From Cyanophora paradoxa CCMP329 (lineage: Eukaryota > Plantae > Glaucophyta), in assembly GCA_004431415.1 (NCBI GenBank), contig QPMI01000436.1, positions 434,001 through 498,000 on the forward strand: a DNA stretch of 64,000 nt, in the 5' to 3' direction. Made by a program: the position numbers and the translations under genes. The notes beneath the pieces were generated by a model. It saw nothing but the letters and a program-made list of their open reading frames with translations, had not been told where the DNA came from and did not search any database. Shown piece after piece: positions 13,161 through 23,499 of this stretch; within the stretch, counting starts at the first letter, position 1, and each line of letters opens with the position of its first letter.

Positions 13161-16100
13161 ATGGCTCGCCTTCTTCACGCGTACGGCCTAGGCCTCGCTC
13201 TGGTCTCAGGCTTCCTCGGCATGCTGGCCCTCGCGGCGGCCGAGGTCCCGTGCAGCGAGATCGCGCCTGCAGACGGACAGTCGTCAGTTCCCGTGCGTTC
13301 ATTTGCAAGCTTCCCGTTTCGTCTCTGCCGTTCGTTCGGATCGAACACCTCGTAGGTGGAGTTTATGCTCGTAACCGATAAAAACTTTACGAGCTCGTTC
13401 TTCTTGACCTCGAGCAAGAACATGACTGTGGAGCTCTGGGCAAAGTTGGAGAACCTTCAGCTTGTTGAGCCGTCAATGCCCTATGCTCCCGCACTTGCAG
13501 AGCTCTTCTACGCAAACTACGTTCCCTCCTCCTCGTCTCCCAGGCACATCGACGTCGCCGGTAAGCCGCTGGCCCGCTTTAATTTTGATTGCATCCCCTC
13601 ATCTCATAGCAAACAGTGTTCGCCCCGTCGGAAACTATCGCCGGCGAGCTGGAATTGGGGCTCACTTTCTACGGGGAGAGCATGAGACTGCCGCTCGCGG
13701 GCCCCCCCAGGTCGTTCGGCTTCTGGACGCACTACGCGTTCGTCTTCGACGTCGACCCCGCGAACACCACTACGACGCGTGTCTCCTTCTTCGTGAACGG
13801 CACGCTCGCCGCGCAGCGCTGGACTCTCAACGCGCCGCCGAGCGTCTGGTTCGCCCCTCCCATCGCTATTCCGGATCGAAACCTGTATTGGGGTTTCAAA
13901 ACTCTACTGGGTCGGCCCTGGAGCTCCACTGTTAATTACGCCAGTGTCATTCTCAACAACGTAAGCCCTCTACCTCTCGGCACACCAAGACCTGAACTCG
14001 CTCTCTGACCTCTCTTTTATTTAGTTCCGTGTCTGGGGCCGGGCGCTGGACCAGGGCGAGATCGCCTCCCTCCGCTACCGCCGCATACGCGCCGCCGCGG
14101 ACGACTACGCCAGAGACTTTCCCGAACTGAAGATCAACCGTGCGCCGGTCTATCTTGCAAGTTCTCGCGAGCTCGAGGGACTGACGCGCGCCGCGCCCGC
14201 GCTCAATCGCAGTCCCTCTTGATTTCGGATCCCCGGGGACACTTCTCACGCCGTCGACGTCCGTCGTCAACGACGCCGACTGCACGCCCGTGTCCGTTCA
14301 AATCGGGACTGGCAGTCACACGACCGATCCAGCCACCGGCGAAGTTGTATATACGCCCGCACCCGTCTACTGGGTCCAGTCGGACCACGCCTTCTGCAGC
14401 GCCTTCCATGGCGGCGTTCCCGCTGCGGGCGCGGCCGGCTGCCAGTGCGGCCAGTGCTTCGCCGCCGCTCCCGGCGGCAGTGCCGGCACCGGCGGCCCGA
14501 GCGACTCCGAGCCGAAGTGCTACCCGGCCCCCAAGGACGCCGCCCTCACCACGAAGTACCGGGTGAGCAACATCAGACATTCCCGCCCCGCGCCGGCCCG
14601 GCCCGCCCCGGCCCCGTCTCCGGCGCCCGCCGCTAACTCCTTGAAAACAGATCACGTGCCCCCCGAACATCACGATCTCGCGGGTCGGGCCCGTCGACGT
14701 GAACGTCAGCGGCGTTGTGAAGCGCCTCTGCGGCGCTCAGATGCCCGACCTGCGCTTCCTCATCGCCGGTCCGTCCGAATCGCTAATGTTTCATCAATGA
14801 CAGAGACATCGACGTCGACGTCGACGTTGACCGCAGGGAACTGGTCGGACGCGCGGGTGAACATCACGCAGCACCCGAAGGAGGGCAGCTTCCTGCCCAT
14901 GCACACCAACACGGCCCCGACGAGCCCCGAGTGGCTCGCCGCAGGCTTCGACGCTCCGACCCCCGCCGACGGAATTCCCGTCAGCATCAGCATCGACAAC
15001 CCCACCGAAGCGGTGAGATTCCGATCCCTGTGCGCTCCGATGCCGCGCCTCCCCTCTGACCGCCTTGCCGACAGGGCCCCGAGGGCAGCTGCTCGTTCGC
15101 TCTTTCCGTGCGGGAGGCGGCCCCGCCGCTCTGCCCGGGGGCCTGCCCACCGCCTGTGCTGGTTTTGCCTGTCGACCCGGAGACCTGCTGGAACCAGAAC
15201 CCGATTTCCTTTCCAGACCTGAGGCGGAACCTGACGCTGGGACGTCCCGATCCGGAGTGCATCCCGCCGGTCCCCGTCTCTTTCAGCGACTACGTGCAGG
15301 AGAGTGCGGATGGCTCGGACGACGCGTTTTTGCAGCCGGGCGCGCCGGCGCAGCCGTGGACCATCCCCGTCAGAGACGTCCGGATCCGCCACAGGGACTT
15401 CCTGCAGGGCCCAGCGTGCCGTGTCCGTGTCGTGGTGCGGTCGGCGTCGCTTCAGGTTTTTATTTGGTCCGCGCACTCACTTCAGATCGCAGTCTCACTA
15501 CCTGCAGCCGAATATATCGTGGCACCCGACGTTCACGCGCTCTTCGTCGGTCCCATTCGAGAGTACGCCGATGGGCATTGCCGAGGCCGTCAACTCGTCG
15601 GTCGTTGCTGCAATGCAGCTGGGCGACTCCGCTTCCTCTTGCCTCTTCCATGGCATGTGCGCACATTTTCTGGGTGGTCTGCTGCCCCTAGTTTGCGCAC
15701 ACGTTGATGCCCGCCACAGAGTCCAGAGGACTGAGCTCGCCAGCTGCAGCTACATCCTGATGTCTCAGTGTCAGATGCGCGTTCGTGTGGAGATGAACGC
15801 GAAGCTGGGCCTTGCGGCCCCCGACGTGGACGCCGCTGGAAACTTCACCTTTGCGCCAGGAAAGCCGGCCTGGTCCCTCCGGTATGGGATGGCTACGCCT
15901 GGCTTTGTGGGAACCTTCAGCAGAGAGGTTCCCGACCACTATGTCGCCAACCCGAAGTGTGTCCTCACCCGCACCTGGCCCGCCACCTCACACGCGCCAC
16001 CTCACACGCGCACGCAGCATCGCACCTGGCGAGACACTCCGGACCTACTTCGTCCACATCACATGTGCCTTAAAGCTTTCGCCCTCCGAACCGAAATCCT

Positions 16101-16231
16101 AGCCTGCAATTGCAATTGCCGCGCCAACTTACACGTGCCCCGCAGGCGCCTTCAACAAAGAAGTACCGGCACCAGCCAAGCCCACCCAAGTCTCGTTCTC
16201 CCCCTACCCCATCGAAATTCGCAAGCCATAG
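13161..16231 (+). CDS. Secreted protein with LamG/concanavalin A-like domain and Cys-rich segment (multi-exon; 3' end approximate)
   Basis: Signal peptide MARLLHAYGLGLALVSGFLGMLALAAA. LamG-like motifs MTVELWAK, WTHYAFVFD, VSFFVNG and FRVWGRAL..EI. Cys cluster FCSAFHGG...GCQCGQCF. Confidence 0.6.
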
Positions 16232-17022
16232 CAGCCCCATATATAGGAAGCTTTCAATTATTCCGATTGCGAGATTTCTCTTCATTTTAATTTACATTTG
16301 TTCGTTGTTAGTTAGTTACGTTACCTGCAGCTGTGCATGCAGGGTTCGGTCCCGAGATTATCTATCGAAATCCGATTATCGATATTTATCTATTATCGAT
16401 ACCAATCGATTCGCAGTCGGTTTTGTTCAACGGCTTCTTCATCTTGAAGTATTCGTATTGATCATGAAGTAGCTTATGTAGCTTCAAGCTTGCAATTGGC
16501 TTTGCATTTGTTTGGAGAGGGAGGGCTCAGCGGCTACGTATACGTATACGTATACCGGCTGGGGGGAGAAAGGGGACGGAGACGGCAAGCACTGCGGCAC
16601 AATTCAAACTTCGTGTGGGGATTCGAAGCTTAATATTAATTATAAGGGGCCGGGGCTGGCCATGGATCGGAGGTCACGCGTACGGTGGTTGCAATTGAGA
16701 ATTCGACGTCGACTCGGCGAAATAATTATATATATAAATAACGGCTCGATCTGGGTGCCGTCGGGCGGCGGCTCGATCGAGGACCTCGAGGGCCCAGGCC
16801 CGGCGGCCCCCTTCAATTGCAAGCAGGAGGCTTAAGCTTGGGCCCGGGGCTTGCAGAAGTCGATTGCGAGGCGGGAGAAATAACACTCAACAGGAACTAC
16901 AAGAACAGTCTTCAAATACTAGATCTAGCCTATATATATAGCTAGTAGAGAAGGAGTACTGTAGCTAGCCGCAGCCCCCGGCCGGAGGCAGCTACAGCTG
17001 TGCATGGCCATGGGCTTCGAAT

Positions 17023-18154
17023 TTAGGACTTGGCCCCGCCGAAGTCGAGGCGGGTCTGGAGGCGGAGGAGCTCGACGGGGAGGCCGTCGGGGTCCGCCAC
17101 GAAGCACGTCTCGTACACCGACGCGTTGATCTGAGGTGGGGGGGGGGGGGGGGAATGAAGGAGGCTCAGATCAGATCGGATCAAATCAGATCCGATCGGA
17201 TCAGATCAAATCAAATCAGTACCATCTGCTGCCCGGGGGGCACGATGACGCGGACGGCGATGGGCTCCGCCCAGAGCGCGTTGGGCGCCGCGGCGGCCTC
17301 CGCGAGGCGCGCCTCGAGGCCCTCGATGAACGCCGGCAGCGAGGGCGCGCACTCCGTCACGCTGCGGCGCGCGACGGCCGCGTCAGCGGCTCGCCTAATC
17401 AGGGTTTCAAACGGGGCGCGCTCGAGGGCCATGTGGTAGTAGGAGGGAAAGCGGAAGTCTCCGCACGCGTCGCCGGACGCCTGCCGCGGCTCTGCGCGGG
17501 GTTCAGGCGCAGCCTGCGGGATAGGGGCGCTGGGCGGCGCACGGAGGATCTGTATGAGCTCGATGCGACCTCCCGCGGGGCTCTGCAAGTACGGGCGCGC
17601 GGCGCCGCGCGGTACCGGTCAGAAGCAAGTTAGCTGTAGGGCGGGTCGGGCGGGCGGCCGGCGGGGCGGACCGTCATCCAGCAGGCGCGCGCGGTGTCGA
17701 CGCGGAAGCGCTCCTCGAACTCGAAGCCCAGGGCGCGGTAGAAGAGCGCCGAGCGGAGCACGTTCGCCGTCGTGATGCTGCGGGCGGTGGGCGCGTGCGT
17801 TGAGCAGAAGCCGAGCGATCGCTGAAGGGGCAGCGCGAACCTCATGTGGTGGAAGGCCGCGGGGGCGGGCGCCGGCGCGGGCGTCCCGGCTGAAGTCGAA
17901 GTCGATGGGGCGGGCGCCGGTGCCGGCACGCTCGCATCGGGTATCGGCGTCGACGGCTGAACCTGCTCGCATCGCGGCGCCGCGTACCACTCCAGTCGCC
18001 GCGACGGCCGCGGCCGCTGCGACGCCGGGGCGGACCCCGCAGTGAAACGACGGCCAGGGCTCGGTGGCAGCTGCGTGCTGCATGCTGTCGAGCTGTGCGT
18101 CTGCGGTCTCCTGCTGGCCGCTGCGAGCGGGCCCGCGGTGAGCACGAAAGCCAT
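17023..18154 (-). CDS. Plastid-targeted VOC/glyoxalase-family protein, cyanobacterial type
   Basis: FHHMSITTANVLRSALFYRALGFEFEERFRVDTARACWMT...GGRIELIQI...YYHMALDVT...QQM|INASVYETCFVADPDGLPVELLR gives the VOC metal-binding H/E/H/E pattern. The N-terminus MAFVLTAGPLAAASRR is transit-peptide-like. TAA at 17023-17025. Confidence 0.85.
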
Positions 18155-18338
18155 CCGCTCCTGAATCGCCTGTACCCAGACAAGCGGCCCAACTTCCCCG
18201 CCCAAGCCGCCCAACTTCAAAGCTTTTGCAGCCCCCGCAGCCCTCAAAACGAAGATCAAGCCGAGTATTCGTGCACTTCAGCGCTTGCATACCAACCGTG
18301 GCCGCGGAACGAAGGGCACAGGCCGCGCTCGCGGCCCG

Positions 18339-20958
18339 ATGCTGTCGTTCGTCGCAAGCGCGGCCCAAGTACCGTGCCTAAGGCATAGACTCGAATACGA
18401 CCGGCTACACGACTCCCAGAGCCCCGCGCGAGCGGCGATCTGGAGCGCGGCGGCTCTTTCGCCTCGGTCGCCGTGCTCGCTGTCGCAGGGGCGCCTGCAG
18501 GCTTCATGGCACGGGAAACCCTTAGCGACGACCTTCGAGGCAGGCGTTCGCGCCTGGAGGCGGAGGAGAGCGCGGCTGGGCGAGCGCTGCTGCACCGTCG
18601 CTGAGGCCCCGAAGCCCCGCTTGAGGTGAGCGAGCAGCGCGTGTTTGCGTGAGACGAGCTTTAGCTCCGTTGAGACGGTGCGGGGCGCAGCGTGCTGCCC
18701 TCCAGCCCGCTGCCGGCGCCGCGCGTCTTCACGGAGGAGTCCTTCGGCGCCCACGAGTTCGGGTACGACTCGCTTGACTTTCTCCGCGCCAAGGTTCGAA
18801 TTCGAGTTCAAATTCTCCCGAGTCCGAGCGAGCGAGCGAGCGCGTGCAGGTCGGCCTGACGTCGCACGAGCTGTACGCGATCGTGCGGCGCGTGCCGGCC
18901 GTCCTGAGCCTCAACGCCTCCGCCTGCATCGAGCCGCTCATCGTCCTCCTGCTCGCCAACGACGTACCCCTTGCCTCCATCCGCTCCGGCTTCCGGCGGT
19001 GCGCTGGTCCCCGTTCCGCCCCTTCCCCCTTCCTTCCCCCGCGCCGCGCCGCCTCACGGCACGCGCCCCGCAGCTTCCCGCGTGTCCTGTTCTGCGATGC
19101 CGCTACGATCGCCTCGCGCATTGCGTGGCTCCGCTCCCGCGGCGTCGACCTGCCCAAGGCTCGCCGGCCCGCCCCGCCCGCCCCCCCCGGAGGCCCAGCT
19201 AAGCCGAACGGGCGCGCAGCTGTGGCGGCAGTGCCCGCAGACGCTGACGCTGAGCGAGGAGAACCTCGAGCGCAAGTGGGCGGCCCTCTCCCGTGAGATC
19301 GGCGCAGACGGCGCCAGGCGCGGGCCCGCGGCCCTCCCACGCCTCCCCCGTCCCTCTTAAGCCTAAGCGGGGGGCGCGCAGGCGCGTCTTTGAGGAGACG
19401 ATTGCGCCGACCCTCTCCGTCGAGAACCTCCTCGGCAAGCTCGACGAGGTGCGCTCAGATCAGATCGCTCAGATCGCTCAGATCAGATCTGATCTGACCT
19501 CTCTTGGGGACAGGTGCAAGGGGCGCTGGGGGTACCGCGCCGGGAGCTGGCGGCGCTGGCGGCGCGCATGCCGGGCCTCCTCGAGGTGTGCGCCGCTCAG
19601 ATCAGATCTGATTTGATCCGATCGAATCTGATCCGGTCCGACTCCTTCCCCCCCGCAGGCGGACGTGCCAGCCCGCGCCGGGGCCTCGTTCGAGTACCTG
19701 GGGAGCCTCGGCCTCTCCCGCGCCGAGGTGAGCGCCCCGCGAACCTAGCCGCCACGCCCAGCAAACTAGCGACCGGCCCCGCCTACCCCGCGCACGCCCC
19801 CGGGACCACCCTTCCCCCTACCCTCCCGCCCCTCTCACCGTCGGACCAGGCGCCCCTCTAGACGCCTGACGCGCGCCGCGCCGTCCCTCCCGCAGGCGGC
19901 CGCCGTGCTCCGGGCCGTGCCGCGCCTCCTCGTCTCCGACATCGACGCCTGCTACAGCCCCGCCGTGCGCCCTCGCGCCCTGCGCTGCCACCCCCCCTCT
20001 AAAAGCGGTACCCCAGGTCTCTTTCCTGCTCTCGACGGGCTTCTCGCCATCTGACGTGGCGCTGCTGATCCGCCGGCGGCCCACGCTCCACCGCTTCTCC
20101 GTCACCAAGTACTACTCCCCCCTGGTCCGCCCCGCCCCCGCCCCCGCCCGCCGCCTGAAGGAGGGGGCAAGACTGGACACCGCCGCGCTCTCCCCCCGCT
20201 GACCCCCTCGCTTCTGACCCGTACCCCCCCGGGGCCGGCTCAGGTGATGTTCCTGTCGCGGCAGGGGATCCACGGCCCCGCCCTCGTCCGCGTCCTCCGC
20301 CTCGCCCCCGAGCTCCTCGGTCCGCCCAGCGCGCCCCCGACCCGATCGCAAAACACGCCCTCGAGCTCCAGCTATAAATAGCTACCTGAACGCCCACCCC
20401 GGGCCACGAGCCATTGCTCCCTCTGCTGCTCTCGCTCCGACTCTGCCGACGCTGACGCGCCGCCCGCGTGCAGGCCACTCCATCGAGAGCCTCAGGCGTG
20501 TACCCCCGCGCCCTCCCGACCCCCCTTTGCCCCGAACCCGTACCTCCCGCAGGCCCAAGTTCGAGTTTCTGTACGCCCAGCACTACTCCGCCCGCGACAT
20601 CATCTCGTACCCCACCGCCCTCAAGTGCTCCCTCGGTGCGCCGTACCCCACCCGCCGCCCCCCCCCCCCCCCCCCCCCCCCCCCCGCCCTGCGTTGACAG
20701 AGCGGCGCATCCGCCCGCGGCTGCTGTTCCTCGCGGGGCGCGGCCTGCGCGCGCCCCTCTGCCGCGCCCTCACCCTCCGGTGCGCCGTACCCCTTCCTCT
20801 TCCTCCCCCTCGTTTCCTCACGTGTACCCCCGGGCCCGGGGGGGTACAGGGACGAGCGGTTCGCGGCGGAGGTGGCGCGGTGCCGGCCCGAGGAGTGGGC
20901 AGCCTTCCTCGGGCGGCACGCGGGCGGGCCGGCCGGGACCCGCGGCCAGGACGGCTGA
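18339..20958 (+). CDS. mTERF-family organellar nucleic-acid-binding protein, copy 1 (apparently intact)
   Basis: Transit-peptide-like start MLSFVASAAQ. mTERF repeats (RRVPAVLSL, RFPRVLFCD, QCPQTLTLS, RAVPRLLVSD, LAPELLGHSIESLRPKFEFL) and the C-terminal signature YPTALKCSLERRIRPR. No lesion found by eye. TGA at 20956-20958. Confidence 0.85.
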
Positions 20959-21699
20959 GCGAGCGTACCCCGGGCGCCCTGGGTACAGCGAGGCCGTGAC
21001 CACGTGCGGCCCGCGCCGCGCTTATAATTACTGGCGGGGCCCGATGCTGGGCTAGCGCTAGCGCTTTCCCATGCCTACGTAATTTGCCAGTTGCAATGAG
21101 TACAATTGCAAAGCGCTGCAGCTGGCACCGGCCACTGCGCCGGCAGTGGCCGATAAGTAAGTGGGTTAGGGATCGCGAGTGGGACTCCGGTCGGGGCCGG
21201 GATGGCAATTGCAAATGTTTTTTGTGAATGTGAAGTTTTGCCTCGAGCTCCGGAGCTCGAGTTTTCTTGGACTCTCGGGCCGGGCCGCTGGCCCCGGCTC
21301 CAACGAGCCTCGCGATCGAAGGTTATTATAATCTTTGGAGCCCGCACTGGCGGCACGACGCACGTGCATGCCGCAGCTGCGGTGCGAAATCGCATTCATA
21401 TCTTGGGCGTGTACATAAGTGCAGCTGCAGTGTATTTCGTGGTATAGCCTACATTTAGCTAGCAGCCTCGAGCTCGCAACCGACAATCGATAGAAAGTGT
21501 AAAGCTCGATGCCGAAACGTTGCGACATAAGTGTGAAGCTCGATGCCAATTGCAATAAGGGAAAATTAAACGAGGACACTGTGACATCGATAAACGATCG
21601 CGAGCTCGAGGCAAGAATTCCGAATCATCGGAATCCCGATTTCAAGACGTCAACTGTAGTACGGAGGAGGAATCGTCACACTTGAAAACGCTAAGATCG

Positions 21700-22471
21700 C
21701 TAACGGTGCCTGTGCACGGTGCCTAAGAAGCATGAAAGGGCAGCAAAGGCCAACAGTACGGCAGGCCCTGAGGTAGATGGCAGCAGAGGCCGATAGTACG
21801 GCAGGTAGATGGCAGCGAGCAGCGCACGCCCGCCAGCCCGGGGCCCGGAAGTCGGACACCGAAGCATGAAAGGGCAGCAAAAGCCAACCGTACGGCAAGG
21901 CCCTAGAGATCGCCCCTCGCCTCGGCCGCCGTGCCGGGGGGCCGAGCCGCGCCCGCCCGCCCGCCCGCCCCGCTCCGCTCGAGCGGAGCCCGCGGCCGCT
22001 GGTGCCCTCACGCGGAGCGGCCGAAGAGGCCGAAGAGGCCCACGGCGCCGGCCCCGGCCCCGCCTGCCCCCGCGGCCCCCGAGTGAGTGAGGGGCGCCCG
22101 GCCCCGCGCCGGCGGGGGCGGCTCGAGCTCGGGGCGGGGCCGCACCGGCGTCGGGCTTGACGGCAGCGAGGATGGCATCCAGCTGCCCCTCCATCTTGGT
22201 AAGCTGTGCCTTCATTTCAGTCTGCTGTCCCTCCAGCTTGGCCTGCTGCGCCTTGTTTTCGGCATCCAGCTCCTTGAGCTTTGATGTGAGCTGCGGCGGC
22301 GTCAGAGCAGAGCGGAGCCAGCGAAAAGGGCCCCGCAAAGAAGTGCCAGACCACTTCCTTCAGTTTCTCCTCGAGGCGCTCGATGTGGGCGCGGGGCGGC
22401 GAGTCGTCGCGGAGCTCGAGGGGCCCCGTGTAGATCGGGTCCGGCGCCTCCCGCTCCTCGTCGTACCGCAG
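21700..22471 (-). pseudogene. Truncated duplicate of the 3' end (coiled-coil tail) of the ankyrin-TRP channel gene
   Basis: [31 protein letters not shown] and the following coiled coil match 27200-27820. Similarity stops abruptly at about 22471. Confidence 0.75.
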
Positions 22472-23499
22472 TGAGTCTAACTGCTCGTAACTGCCGCAAC
22501 TGCCGCAACTGCCGCCGTGATCCAATGTAGCGGGCGGCTCACATCGACCGCCAGCCGCCACCAGAGCGCGCTTCCCGGTTCCGGCGCTCCGCTCGCACGG
22601 TTCGATCGCCTCCGCTTGCACAGCCGCTGCGCTTTCGTGTGAGCTGCGGAGGAGCGACTGCCGCGCCCGGCCCGGGGTCAGGCCGGGGCCGCGGGGGCGC
22701 ACGGGAGCACGGGAGCCGGGATGCGGTCGGCGAGCCGAGGCAGCGGACGGAAGGCGCAGCGGCGCACGCGTCGGAGACTCGATCCGCCGCGGCCCTCTCG
22801 CGACATCTCACGCAATGAGAGGCTGGGGCAGGGCACGGGGTCAGGGAGCCGCCTCGACCGCAGCGAGGCGCTGGCATGCTCTGGAGCAGGAACGCGCACC
22901 TGCATGTGATCCTGCCGATCCTGGCGCCAGGGACCCGGGAGCGGTACCTTCAATCGGCCCCGAAGACTCCGCTCGCGCCGCCAGCTTCGCTCCGTCGGGC
23001 ACTCTCCGCGCCTTGCCCGGCGAGCCGTCGAGCCCTTCAAGCTGCGGCAGGCGTCCCCCGCTTTCGAAGCTCCCGCGTCAACGTCGCCCATGGCCTCCAG
23101 CAGTCCATTCAAGACTCCGAGAAGCCGCGCGGGCATCCCAGAGTCAGGACCAATCTGCGGGGCTTCAGCATGATAGAGAGCGAATCCAAGGCCGTTCGCA
23201 CCCGCTGGGCGACTGAGCCAGCCGTCGGACTTCGACCCCTCAACCGCCGCTCCCAGCCATTGCCGCTGCGCTGCGGCGCTGGTGCCCCGCGGCTGGCGAC
23301 CTATCTCCGATGAGGCTTGGGGCCAGGGCATGTTGCGTTGCCGCTGAACTCGCCGAGGCGGGGAGTGACCGTACCCGTCTAGATCTCCCGGCATCGAGTC
23401 CATCGACCCATCGAATCGCGGCCATCGACCGCCGCGACTTTAGCTTTGCGCCGCGGCCTGCGCCGTGCGCGAGCGCCGCGGCGCGCGGGCGCGCGTACG

